A stretch of 52,999 nt of DNA, taken from Eledone cirrhosa. Taxonomy: Eukaryota. The position numbers were made by a program, and so were the translations under genes. The notes beneath the pieces were generated by a model. It was not told the origin of the DNA. It searched no databases and saw nothing but the letters and a program-made list of their open reading frames with translations. Positions 14,136 through 27,428 of the stretch are shown here, one piece after another; the stretch's first letter is position 1, and each line of letters opens with the position of its first letter. The stretch spans positions 1 to 52,999 of the forward strand of contig CAXHJY010001664.1 in the NCBI GenBank assembly GCA_964016885.1, given 5' to 3'.

Positions 14136-15180
14136 TCTAGAGTGGCACACCTAGGGCTGGCTGCACCAGTGGCACATCTAGAGTGGTACCCCAAGGGCTA
14201 GCTGCACCATACCACATCTAGAGTGGTACCCAAAGGGCTAGCTGCCCCAGTCGCACATCTAGAGTGGTACCCCAAGGGCTAGCTGCACCAGTGGCACATC
14301 TAGAGTGGTACCCAAAGGGCTAGCTGCGCTAGTGGCACATCTAGAGTGGTACCCAAAGGGCTAGCTGCACCATACCACATCTAGAGTGGTACCCAAAGGG
14401 CTAGCTGCGCCAGTGGCACATCTAGAGTGGTACCCCAAGGGCTAGCTGCACCAGTGGCACATCTAGAGTGGTACCCAAAGCGCTAGCTGCACCAGTGGCA
14501 CATCTAGAGTGGTACCCCAAGGGCTAGCTGCACCAGTGGCACATCTAGAGTGGTACCCCAAGGGCTAGCTGCACCAGTGGCACATCTAGAGTGGTACCCA
14601 AAGCGCTAGCTGCACCAGTGGCACATCTAGAGTGGTACCCCAAGGGCTAGCTGCGCCAGTGGCACATCTAGAGTGGTACCCCAAGGGCTAGCTGCGCCAG
14701 TGGCACATCTAGAGTGGTACCCCAAGGGCTAGCTGCACCAGTGGCACATCTAGAGTGGTACCCAAAGCGCTAGCTGCGCCAGTGGCACATCTAGAGTGGT
14801 ACCCCAAGGGCTAGCTGCGCCAGTGGCACATCTAGAGTGGTACCCCAAGGGCTAGCTGCACCAGTGGCACATCTAGAGTGGTACCCAAAGCGCTAGCTGC
14901 GCCAGTGGCACATCTAGAGTGGTACCCCAAGGGCTAGCTGCGCCAGTGGCACATCTAGAGTGGTACCCCAAGGGCTAGCTGCACCAGTGGCACATCTAGA
15001 GTGGTACCCCAAGGGCTAGCTGCACCAGTGGCACATCTAGAGTGGTACCCCAAGGGCTAGCTGCACCAGTGGCACATCTAGAGTGGTACCCAAAGCGCTA
15101 GCTGCACCAGTGGCACATATAGAGTGGTACCCCAAGGGCTAGCTGCGCCAGTGGCACCCCCAAGGGCTGGCTGTACCAGC
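14136..15180. repeat. 41-bp minisatellite (~25 units)
   Basis: Unit TCTAGAGTGGTACCCCAAGGGCTAGCTGCACCAGTGGCACA, head to tail with no spacers. Confidence 0.95.
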
Positions 15181-15231
15181 TGCGACAATGTGATTCCTTG
15201 ATTTGATTTTAGTTTCATACTATTGGTTATA

Positions 15232-16021
15232 ATGGTGATGGTGGCGGTGTAATGTGGTGTTTGGGGTTGTGGTGGGGCTGCTATTGCTGTTGTTCTTATT
15301 GGTGGTGGTAGTGGTGGTGTTGGTGATGATGATGATGGTGGTGGTGGTGATGGTGATGATGGTGGTGGTGGTGGTGATGGGGATGCTGGTGGTCCTGGTG
15401 GTGATGGTGGTGGTGTTGATTATGGAGGTGTTGGTGGTGGTGGTTGTGGTGGTGCTGCTGGTGGTGGTGGTGGTGATGGTGATGCTGGTGGTGATGGTGG
15501 TGGTGTTGATTATGGAGGTGTTGGTGGTGGTGGTTGTGGTGGTGCTGCTGGTGGTGGTGGTGGTGGTGATGGGGGTGCTGGTGGTCCTGGTGGTGATGGT
15601 GGTGGTGTTGATTATGGAGGTGTTGGTGGTGGTGGTTGTGGTGGTGCTGCTGGTGGTGGTGGTGGTGATGGGGATGCTGGTGGTGGTGTTGATTATGGAG
15701 GTGTTGGTGGTGGTGGTTGTGGTGGTGCTGGTGGTGGTATTGGTGGTGGTGGTGGTGGTGGTGGTGGTGATGGGGATGCTGGTGATGATGGTGGTGGTGG
15801 TGATGGGGATGCTGGTGGTCCTGGTGGTGATGGTGGTGGTGTTGATTATGGAGGTGTTGGTGGTGGTGGTTGTGGTGGTGCTGGTGGTGGTATTGGTGGT
15901 GGTGGTGGTGGTGGTGGTGATGCTGTAAGGTGGTGTTTGGGGTTGTGATTGTGGTATGTGGTGTGGTGGGGCTAGTGTTGTTGTTCTTATTGGTGGCGGT
16001 GGTGGTGGTGATGGTGGTGGT
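15232..16021. repeat. (GGT)n-derived repeat with higher-order units
   Basis: GGT triplets with a recurring GTTGATTATGGAGGTGTTG block. Confidence 0.9.
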
Positions 16022-16644
16022 GTGTGTATATGTGAGTGTTCGTGAATATGCGCGCGCGCATGTGTGTGTGTGTGTGTGTTCGTGAATATGTGTGTGTGTG
16101 TGTTTTGTGCTTAACTGCGAGTGGAAGCATACGTTTTGTAAGTGCGTGAGCGTGTGTATGTGAGCGTGTATGTACTTGTGTGTAAGTGTACGTTTAAGTG
16201 TATGTGATTGCGTGAGTATGTATGTGTATGGGGGTAAGTATGTACGTGTTCCCACGCGTGTGTGTAGTTATGAGTTTGTGTGAGTGGTTATGAGTGTATA
16301 TGTGTAAAATATGTGTAAGTGTGTGTATGAGTGTGTCTGTGTGAGTGTTTATGAGTATATGTATGTGTGTGTGTGTGCATGTGAGAGTGTTTATGAGTAT
16401 ATTTATGTGTATGAGTGAATGTGTATATGTGTGTGTAAGTGTGTGTTTAAGTGTATGTGTGAGTGGTTATAAGTTTATATGTGTAAGTGTGTGTGTGTAA
16501 GTGTACGTATGTGGGAGTGTGTATGTGCGATTGGTTATGAGTATGTGTATGTGTTCGAGTGTGAATATGTGTGTGTGTGTGTTTAAGTGTGTGTGTGTGT
16601 GCATGCGTGACAGGTTATGAGTATGCATGTGTGAGCGATTATGA

Positions 16645-16715
<71 letters not shown>

Positions 16716-16792
16716 TGTGACACTATCTGTCCATATTACTTAATATATCCTGAATTACATTTAAACACAAACGATTCATTAACATCAAATAA

Positions 16793-16880
16793 CCTCCTTC
16801 ACCCACTCCCTCCTTCACCCACTCCCTCCTTCACCCACTCCCTCCTTCACCCACTCCCTCCTTCACCCACTCCCTCCTTC
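16793..16880. repeat. 16-bp minisatellite (~5 units)
   Basis: Unit TCCTTCACCCACTCCC. Confidence 0.9.
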
Positions 16881-17076
16881 CTCACTATCTTATCCCATAC
16901 AAGTGGCCAATCTGTGTGTGTTTGACTGCACACATATATATATGTGTGTGTGTGTGTGTGTGACTGCATATATATATATATATGTGTGTGTGTTTGTTTG
17001 ACTGCATATATATATATATGTGTGTGTGTTTGTTTGACTGCATATATATATATGTGTGTGTGTGTTTGTGTTTCAC

Positions 17077-17131
<55 letters not shown>

Positions 17132-17173
17132 TTGACTGCATATATATATATATGTGTGTGTTTGTTTGACTGC

Positions 17174-17205
<32 letters not shown>

Positions 17206-17213
17206 TTGGCTGC

Positions 17214-17254
<41 letters not shown>

Positions 17255-17866
17255 AGGAATATATATATATATATATGAGTGTGTGTGACTGTGTGTTTGA
17301 ATGTATGAGTGCATATATATATGTGTCTATGTGTGTGTGTGTGTATGTGTATGTGTGTGTCTATTAAGGTTTTAAGATAGTTAGGAAGTATAGAGACAAG
17401 AACTTAACCTAATTTAAAGACAACCTCAAACTACTACTTCTACTACTACTACTACTATCACCACCACCACTACCACCACCACCACTACTACCACCACAAC
17501 AGCAACAACCACTACTACCACCACCAAGCAGCAACAACCACTACTATCACCACAACAACCACAACCGCAACCACAGCCACCACCACCACCACAACAACCA
17601 CTACTGTCACCACAACCACAACCACCACCACCACCACCACCACCACCACCACCACCACCACCACCACCACCACCACCACCACCACCACCACCACCACTAC
17701 CACCACCACCACCACCACCACCACCACCACCACCACCACCACTGACAAATCTATCACAGACTACGTGGCCGACGCGTTTAGAACATTTCATGATATTTTC
17801 TATGCATCCTTACACATCAGTACACACACACACACACACACACATATGTATACATACACATGCATG

Positions 17867-17898
<32 letters not shown>

Positions 17899-18030
17899 CA
17901 CCACCACCACCATCACCTCCATCCTCGCCACCATCACTATCACCTCTACCATCACCTTCACCATCACCACCATCACCACCAACAGCATCGACACCTCATT
18001 CTACAAAGATTTAAAATAGGTGTCATGAGT

Positions 18031-18076
<46 letters not shown>

Positions 18077-18747
18077 CTAGCAGATGTACCCGGCGTTGCT
18101 CGGGAACTGAATGACAGCCTGTTTGTCCGTATAAAGAGAGCCAAAGGTTGAGCAAAGAATTGAAATGTAATTGTTAAAAAAAGTTTAACAAAATGGGTGT
18201 ACAGTGATATGATTGAGTGAAATAAGCGGCAACATAAAAACAATTCATGGGGTAGCTTGAGTTAATTGACGTGAATGATTTCAGGTCCGGCCTTGCTGTA
18301 GTAGGTATGAGTAAGGGGATAAAGATGGAATAGACGCACCGTATGTCCTTCAGTAGACTAAACCCTATGCGTAAGATGGCGCTGCCACTACCATGTTGAC
18401 CATCCACTGGACATAGAAATATCATTCCTTGAAGCAACTATTCCCCCTCACCGCCTGAATACACGATGAGAATGAGCAAAAAGATTAAGTTAATCAAAAC
18501 GAAGACACTGTGCTGAGAATGCTGCTGCACGATTTTCAGATACACACACAAACAAAATCGATTTTTCGGCCCCAATATCGATTCTTTTCAAATTTGTTTT
18601 TGTCCCAAACCTGCTCTGGCATATAAGCAATACGTGTGCCAAATTTAGTTGAAATTGGCCTAGTACTTCAAAAGTTAAAAGGAGCCTAGTATTTGTACAC
18701 AGACAGACAGACACACACACAGACCGACTTGCTTTTATATATATAGA
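18077..18747 (-). mobile_element. Non-autonomous Helitron
   Basis: On the minus strand it starts TC(TATATAT...), includes (CTGT)/(GT) repeats near the 5' end, and ends with hairpin CCCGAGCAACGCCGGG followed by CTAG. Inserted between A and T. Confidence 0.8.
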
Positions 18748-18856
18748 TAATCCATAAGCAGCAATTCTATAGGTTCAGTGAGTTATTATTTTGGTGGGAA
18801 AATCAGGTAGCGCTAACACAGCCTGCCATCTACTGGATTAATTCCTTATCGTTTGT

Positions 18857-19202
18857 TTAACCATTTTCGTACCAAATCGCCTGAAGGAACCTTTATCAAG
18901 TTATGTTCCGACACTATAAATGATTATTTTCAAAATTATTTACAAATCAAAGACAGTGTCACTATCACCACCACCATCATCTCCACCATCACCTCCACCA
19001 CTACCACTATCACCACCACCATCACCACCACCATCACCACTACCACCACTATGGTAATAAAAGGGTTAAAGTGTTTATATTTATCTAAAAACCTCCCATC
19101 ATAATTCTATGGGAGATTATGTAAAAACTTTAAAGTTATGTTCCAAACACCAGCTTTATAATGACGTGTCTTTCATTAGAAATATGGTAATAAAAGGGTT
19201 AA
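18857..19202. mobile_element. piggyBac-like MITE (TTAA-flanked) with duplicated right end
   Basis: TTAA-CCATTTTCGTACCA ... TGGTAATAAAAGGG-TTAA imperfect terminal inverted repeats. The right end occurs at both ~19068 and ~19202. Confidence 0.55.
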
Positions 19203-19291
19203 AGTGTCTATATTTATCTAAAAACCTCTCATCCTAATTTTATGTAAAAGCCTTTGTTAAGTTATGTTCCAAACACTAGCTTTATAATGCA

Positions 19292-19363
<72 letters not shown>

Positions 19364-19371
19364 ATGTGTGT

Positions 19372-19689
19372 ATGTTGACTTGTTCTTCTTTTTGGTAAAT
19401 ATCATCTTGGTTAAGAGAGTGGGACTGGCTTTGTGCAGTGCCTTTGCTCACTATAAAAGCTTCACGGCACAGGCATTGCTTTATATCTGGAGATCTCTCT
19501 GCACTTGTCGTCACATGGTACCATGGGCCCAGCACTATGTGTCAATAATTGTCACAAGTGTAGTGTTTGTACCAGAGTTTTCAAGTCGCTGGCTGGACTA
19601 AAAAGTCACACTCGTTCAGCGCATCGGTAGGGATTCTCCTACATGGATATAAAGTAGTGGCCGTACTCGAAAACGAGTTGGCAGCCACC

Positions 19690-19691
<2 letters not shown>
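19372..19691 (+). mobile_element. LINE 3' end with C2H2 zinc finger (RTE-like)
   Basis: Encodes CSVCTRVFKSLAGLKSHTRSAH* and ends in (TA)n. Near-identical inverted copy at 29046-29365. Confidence 0.7.
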
Positions 19692-19748
<57 letters not shown>

Positions 19749-19823
19749 CATACATATATATATACACACACTCACACACCCACGGATATATATACATATA
19801 CATGGGTGGTGTGTGTATGTTTA

Positions 19824-19865
<42 letters not shown>

Positions 19866-20269
19866 ATGTGTATATATGTATATATATGATATGGCCTATG
19901 TAGGTTATCTTGTTGTAGTCTAAAATGTGGGAATTGCAAAGGTTACCAATAACTGAATGTACGTAAGCGAATGAATATGAAATATAATCTGTTATCGTAA
20001 TGTAGTTAATGGAATAACATTAAATCCATTAGAGAGACTGTGTAATGAACAGACCTTTTGATCCTTGATACAAAAATAATGCGTGGGGGCTTAGAAGAAC
20101 CCCTAAAAGAGTGTTGGTGTGATACGTAGAGGATAAGGTTTTTGCCATGTTAGGTATTTGTTCTACCAGTGTGTTAGCATGATACAACATGAGCATGGCC
20201 TCTTCTTAGAGTGCATAAATCTGGGGGTTTTTTTAAATGTTTTTTTTTTAAAAGCCTGTCTCAAGCCTG

Positions 20270-20765
20270 GAAGCTCACCAAGCCAGTGCTTATGTCGATT
20301 TGGTCGGCGCTAAGGGACTGAGAGTACAAGACACCCGCCCCCTAGGACATGACGCCAGTCCATCGCAGGTTTAAAGTTTGTCCTAAGCCTAGAGATTCAT
20401 CAAGCCAGTATTTATGTTGATTTCATCAGCGTTAAGGGATTGAAAGCACAAGAGCTCTCTTTAAACAGGATGCCAGTCCATTGCAGGGTCAAATACTCCA
20501 GATATTGCTGGTACTCATTTTCAGCCAAGTATACTGGAGCAACGTGAAATGAAGTGTTTTGTTCAAGAACACAACACAACCCAGTCTAAGAACTGAGCCC
20601 ATGACATTATGTATCGTAAGTCCAACACCCTTACCACTGGGCCAGAGTTGGTGGAGCAACGTGAAATGAAGTGTTTTCCTCAAGAACACAACACACAACC
20701 CAGTCCAATAAGCGAGTCGACGACATTATGATCGTAAGTCCAACACCCTAACCACTGGGCCACGT
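20270..20765 (-). mobile_element. SINE family 2, duplicated head and tail segments
   Basis: Reverse-complement homology to 13683-14052 and 40262-40535. Confidence 0.7.
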
Positions 20766-20861
20766 GTCTTCACATATCCAGATTTAATAAGCCAGTAATT
20801 ACTAGGAATTAGACATATGTCCTCAGTCACACTGCCCGTCTTTCTCCCCCCCCCCCCACCC

Positions 20862-20913
<52 letters not shown>

Positions 20914-20967
20914 CACTTTCTATCTATGTTAATTCAATTTCCTGTCAGTTTTTTCTAATTATTGACA

Positions 20968-21805
20968 TCAGCAACAACAACAACAGTGCCATCACAAAAA
21001 ACAACAACAACAACAGTGCCATCACAAAAAACAACAACAACAACAGTGCCATCACAAAAAACAACAACAACAACAGTGCCATCACAAACAATAACAACAA
21101 CAGGCCATCACAAACAACAACAACAACAGTGCCATCACAAACAACAACAACAACAACAATAGTGCCATCACAAACAACAACAACAACAGTGCCATCACAA
21201 ACAACAACAACAACAACAGTGCCATCACAAACAACAACAACAACAATAGTGCCATCACAAACAACAACAACAACAACAACAACAGTGCCATCACAAACAA
21301 TAACAACAACAATAGTGCCATCACAAACAACAACAACAACAACAGTGCCATCACAAAAAACAACAACAACAACAGTGCCATCACAAACAATAACAACAAC
21401 AGGCCATCACAAACAACAACAACAACAGTGCCATCACAAACAACAACAACAACAACAATAGTGCCATCACAAACAACAACAACAACAGTGCCATCACAAA
21501 CAACAACAACAACAACAGTGCCATCACAAACAACAACAACAACAATAGTGCCATCACAAACAACAACAACAACAACAACAACAGTGCCATCACAAACAAT
21601 AACAACAACAGTGCCATCACAAACAACAACAACAACAACAACAACAATAGTGCCATCACAAACAACAACAACAACAATAGTGCCATCACAAACAACAACA
21701 ACAACAATAGTGCCATCACAAACAACAATAACAACAGCAGAGACATCACAAACAACAACAGCAGCAACAACAACAACAACGATGATATCACAAACAACAA
21801 CAAAA
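20968..21805. repeat. Compound repeat: constant GTGCCATCACAAA with variable (AAC)n
   Basis: More than 25 units visible directly. Confidence 0.92.
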
Positions 21806-22096
21806 TTAAATATATGAAAATCTCCAAGACAAGAAATTTAAACATGAAGAAAAATATTGCCTAAAAATGATTCTGAAGAAAATTTGAACCATATAGAGGA
21901 GGGGGGAGGGTAGAGTTACTGTGAGGACAGGAGGAGGGGGAAGAGGAGGAGGTTACAGGGGCGTGGGGCAGAGGGGGAAGTAACAGTGGGTGGAGGGGAG
22001 GGGGCAAGAAAGAAGGGTTACCAAAATATGTTTAACTGATGAATCAAGTGTATTCAACAAGTGCACAGATCTGGGTCACCTGTCTGTTAGTATCTA

Positions 22097-23290
22097 CAAC
22101 ACTACCACCGCCATTATCACCACCACCAACACCACCACTATCACCGACACCACCACCAACACCACCATTATCACCACCACCACCACTATCACCGACACCA
22201 CCACCAACACCACCATTATCACCACCACCAACACCACCATTATCACCACCACTAACACCACCATTATCACCACCACTAACACCACCATTATCACCACCAC
22301 CAACACCACCATTATCACCACCACCAACACCACCACTATCACCGACATCACCACCAACACCACCATTATCACCACCACCAACACCACCATTATCACCACC
22401 ACCAACACCACCATTATCACCACCACCAACACCACCATTATCACCACCAACACCACCACCATTATCACCACCACCAACACCACCATTATCACCACCACCA
22501 ACACCACCACTATCACCGACATCACCACCAACACCACCATTATCACCAACACCAACACCACCATTATCACCACCACCAACACCACCATTATCACCACCAC
22601 CAACACCACCATTATCACCACCACCAACACCACCACTAACACCACCATTATCACCGACACCACCACCAACACTACCATTATCACCGACACCACCACCAAC
22701 ACCACCATTATCACCGACACCACCACCAACACCACCATTATCACCAAAACCACCACCATTACCATTATCACCACCAACACCACCATTACCATTATCACCA
22801 CCAACACCACCATTATCACCAACAACACCACCATTATCACCACCACCACCAACACCAGCATTATCACCACCACCACCAACACCACCATTACCATTATCAC
22901 CACCAACACCACCATTATCACCACCACCATCACCACCAACAACACCATTATCACCACCACCACCAACACCACCATTATCACCACCACCATCACCACCAAC
23001 ACCACCATTATCACCATCAACACCACCATTATCACCACCACCATTATCACCACCACCACCATTATCACCAACACCACCATTATCACCATCAACACCACCA
23101 TTATCACCACCACCATCAACACCACCATTATCACCACCATTATCACCACCACCATTATGACCACCACCATTATCACCACCATTATCACCACCACCATCAA
23201 CACCACCATTATCACCACCACCATCAACACCACCATTATCACCACCACCATCAACACCACCATTATCACCACCACCATCAACACCACCAC

Positions 23291-23321
<31 letters not shown>

Positions 23322-23440
23322 ACCACCACCATCAACACCACCATTATCACCACCACCATTATCACCACCACCATCAACACCACCATTATCATCACCACCA
23401 TCAACACCACCATTATCACCACCACCATCAACACCACCAC

Positions 23441-23471
<31 letters not shown>

Positions 23472-23550
23472 ACCACCACCATCAACACCACCATTATCAC
23501 CACCACCACCATTATCACCACCACCATCAACACCACCACTAACACCAACA
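22097..23550. repeat. (ACC)n-derived ~21-bp repeat (ACCACCATTATCACCACCACC/AAC)
   Basis: 1.45-kb low-complexity array that generates the spurious long ORFs in the track. Confidence 0.92.
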
Positions 23551-23677
23551 GAAAATGGCAAACCTATGTTATTAGTGTTGTTGTAATTACTGAAATGGAG
23601 TCGTGTGGAACGGATTTAGACAGCCCAACACAGGTGGACAGGATATGGGTATATATATATATATATACGTGTACATA

Positions 23678-23774
<97 letters not shown>

Positions 23775-23876
23775 AAGGGGTGAGAGAGAGACAGAGAGAG
23801 AGATGTGTATGTATATAGATATATGCATACATACATATATATGGTTATTATATTATATATTTATATATATAATGTG

Positions 23877-23918
<42 letters not shown>

Positions 23919-23945
23919 GCAAGTGAACAACACAATATATAACTA

Positions 23946-24013
23946 CTCCATTACTAAAGGTTTCAGGACTCTAGACAATATTAATGTACGTCTAGATCGT
24001 TCATCAGACAGAG
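23946..24013 (-). ncRNA. Hammerhead motif family E (degenerate)
   Basis: Minus strand reads CTCTGT-CTGATGA-stem II (TCTAGAC/GTCTAGA)-GAA-ACC ttt AGT-A-ATGGAG. Stem I is 6 bp with G-U pairs; one stem III mismatch. Confidence 0.6.
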
Positions 24014-24017
24014 AGGT

Positions 24018-24080
<63 letters not shown>

Positions 24081-24085
<5 letters not shown>

Positions 24086-24277
24086 AACAGGTAAGACCCC
24101 GACGGCAGAGCTCAAGCCGTTTCGACGGCTAATTCTGGACTGTCCAGAATTAGCCGTCGAAACGGCTTGAGCTCTGCCGTCGGGGTCTTACCTGTTCCTA
24201 TTACCCACTCTACTACCCTAAGTATTGAGTACTTTGGTGCGTTATGGTCCATCTGGTTCCTTACCACATTTCCTTCG

Positions 24278-24280
<3 letters not shown>
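24081..24280 (+). mobile_element. TA-flanked fold-back element family G (60-bp arms, hammerhead 3' half)
   Basis: Perfect palindrome 24081-24201 centred at 24141. The right arm has GAA-ACGGC ttgagctct GCCGT-C. Relatives at about 3463-3621, 4663-4720, 4918-5045, 27426-27490, 28290-28340 and 34688-34863. Confidence 0.75.
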
Positions 24281-24331
<51 letters not shown>

Positions 24332-24780
24332 TTATATATATACTTATATATATATACATATTTATAACCAAAAGTTTATATGGTTCGTAGTTTTTTATTC
24401 TCTCCTTTATTTCATCCTTTCCTTTTCCTTTTCTTCGTTTCTTTATTTCCCTTCTTTTCTCTCTGCATCTGCCCTTTTCTTCTTTTTTTTCTTTAATTCC
24501 CTTCTTTTTTCTTCCAATCTTCCCTTTCAACTCCCCTTCTATATTTCTACCTTGCTTTAGGCCCTCTTCTTCTCTAAGTTTGTCTAACTTTGCCTTTCAT
24601 CCTTACGGGGTCGATAAAATAAAGTACCAGTAATACACTGGTATAATTGCTGGCCTTGTGCCAAAAAGTAGAAACAATTATTTGTGGTATATAAAAGTTG
24701 AGGGTTGGTGAAATAAATTACTACCACTACAGGAATTGAATAATCAAAACCTTAGTGGTATGTCGCTTATCCAATCTCTC

Positions 24781-24849
24781 ATATATTTTATCTGATGAAA
24801 ACGTACTGGAACACCATTGTACCTTTGAAATATGTATAATAAAATATAT
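24781..24849 (+). ncRNA. Type I hammerhead ribozyme motif family D (intron 1, sense)
   Basis: Stem I ATATATTTTAT/ATAAAATATAT (11 bp), CTGATGA at 24792-24798, stem II GTAC-TGG/CCA-GTAC, GAA, near-palindromic stem III ATATGTAT. Predicted cleavage after A24838. Confidence 0.75.
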
Positions 24850-25069
24850 ATTTTGGTGAATATTTTTCATTTATTAATATTTTGAATAATATATATATAT
24901 ATATATATATATAAGATCAAAAGATGGTTAAAAGAGTTCTTTTAACCATTTTTTGAACTTATATATTATTTATACTCCAGTCCTACAAACTGTAGAGTGC
25001 TTCTTATCCGATATCTGCATTATTTTATTGTACTACAATAAAACTCACCTCCTACATATATATAACCAC

Positions 25070-25135
<66 letters not shown>

Positions 25136-25139
25136 ATAG

Positions 25140-25315
25140 AAGTGGTTACACAACAGTTAGTTCACCATACCGAGAACAATTGTTTCACCTTGGCGGAAGG
25201 TGAAACAATTGTTCTCGGTATGGTGAACTAACTGTTGTGTAACCACTTGTACCTAACCCGTCCCATGGACTGAGTGCTCTACCACTACGGATATTACCTT
25301 CCAGTGTTCTACTAC
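25140..25315 (+). mobile_element. TA-flanked fold-back element family I (52-bp arms, hammerhead 3' half)
   Basis: Perfect arms 25140-25191 and 25197-25248 around a GGCGG loop. Reads ACCTT/AAGGT-GAA-ACAATTGT-T. Confidence 0.7.
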
Positions 25316-25342
25316 TATATATATGTATATACATACACACAC

Positions 25343-25480
<138 letters not shown>

Positions 25481-25732
25481 ATGTATATATATAAATTAAT
25501 AAAAACAATGAATAAAAGCAAAGAAACAGTTCCTTATATTAAAAAATTCATCATTTTACGATCGTTTCTAGGATATATATGTGTGTGTTGGTATGTATAT
25601 CATATAGATCTATGTAAAAATTTTACAAACTATCAGAGGGAATATACATACCTACACATATATATGCTGTCTTCAGAAATATATACAGATATATATATAC
25701 ATATATATATATATATACAGATATATATATAC

Positions 25733-25777
<45 letters not shown>

Positions 25778-26394
25778 TATATATATACATATATATATAT
25801 ACATATACACACACACATACATATATATTATATTTATTTATATATATATACATAATACGTATATGTGTGTCTATGTCTGTGTTTACGTCTACGTCTGTGT
25901 ATTTTAGTGTGCTAATTAGATTGTAACCGTCAGTGTGTGTGTAAAACTAATTGACAGATAGCCGAGACAGTTGTAAAGGCTGCCTTTGTTTACAGAATTT
26001 CATTCAGATGAGATACAGAGAAAAAAAGGGAAGGACTGCTCTAGTTTCACACATCATTACAGGCTCATCAGTGTCTACTGTTTCAAAACAGGCAACAGGC
26101 TTGTCTTTTGTATCTCAAGATATAACCGCGATAATTTTACTACAAGTTTGAAAAGAAGTTTACATTTCACACATACCCTGAGTATATTACTAGCGTAGTG
26201 GTGGTGGTCTACATTTATATAATACATTTACATCATATATATATATGATGTAAATATATTATATAAATATTTTATATATATATGTATATATATGCGTATA
26301 TATATATATATTTGAAATGAAGTTTACATTTCACACATACCCTGAGTATATTACTAGCGTAGTGGTGGTGGTCTACATTTATATATTATATTTA

Positions 26395-26482
<88 letters not shown>

Positions 26483-26490
<8 letters not shown>

Positions 26491-26718
26491 TAAAATAACA
26501 GATTAAAGTTTAAGCAAAGAATCGCTGCTTTCACCCTTAACGGGATCTTCTGAAACTCAGAGTTTCAGAAGATCCCGTTAAGGGTGAAAGCAGCGATTCT
26601 TTGCTTAAACTTTAATCTGTTATTTTAATAAATATTTGCTCTACGGTTCTTATATATTTGATATATATTTATCCTTATCGAGCCCTCTTTGGATTTTAGT
26701 TTTCAAATTTATTATTAT

Positions 26719-26722
<4 letters not shown>
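26483..26722 (+). mobile_element. TA-flanked fold-back element family H (76-bp arms, hammerhead 3' half)
   Basis: Perfect palindrome 26483-26635 centred at 26559, with GAA-AGCA gcgattctt TGCT-T. Relatives at about 26755-26860, 35035-35105 and 52630-52808. Confidence 0.75.
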
Positions 26723-26758
<36 letters not shown>

Positions 26759-26904
26759 ATAATAATCACGAAGATCAAAATCCGAAGATAAGGATTATAT
26801 ATAAAAGATCCTGTAAAAGAGTGAAGGCAGCGATTCTTTGCTTAAACTTTAATCCTTTAATGTGTACTACTACTACTACTAATACTACTAATAATAATAA
26901 TAAT

Positions 26905-27016
<112 letters not shown>

Positions 27017-27133
27017 GAAAAATTGAAGAATAACATGGTCGACAGTACAAACAAGGACGCATAAACTATTCATGATAAGAAGTTTTCACACAACCTCTAA
27101 TCGGATTACCTTTAACGATATCTTGTTATCCTA

Positions 27134-27243
<110 letters not shown>

Positions 27244-27372
27244 TATAAATAATTATTTCTACTTTTTGGCACAAGGCCAGCAATTATCCCAGTACATTAC
27301 TGGTACTTTAATTTATCGACCCCGTAAGGTTGAAAGGCAAAGTTAACCTTATATTATATAAATAATAATAAT

Positions 27373-27428
<56 letters not shown>

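Noticed and set aside
14136-15180. CRISPR-like or polylinker-like array
   Set aside because: Units are contiguous with no unique spacers, there are no cas genes, the context is eukaryotic, and diverged relatives exist elsewhere in the window, so it is not vector sequence.
15254-16255. His-rich and Val-rich ORFs
   Set aside because: Translations of a (GGT)n-derived repeat. The same applies to 5493-6380 and all YIYI, CVCV and SLSL ORFs.
21896-22006. G-quadruplex-prone tract
   Set aside because: G-rich low-complexity patches are common here and nothing links this one to a function.
21990-23783. Long ORFs (597, 505, 484, 373 aa) resembling mucin, extensin or glycine-rich proteins
   Set aside because: The region is open in several frames on both strands because it is an ACC-triplet array. 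It has no domain content and lies inside the inferred intron.
26034-26075. Minus-strand CTGATGA...GAA-ACT agagc AGT-C hammerhead-like match
   Set aside because: No stem I complementarity and only a 2-bp stem II, so probably chance or heavily decayed.
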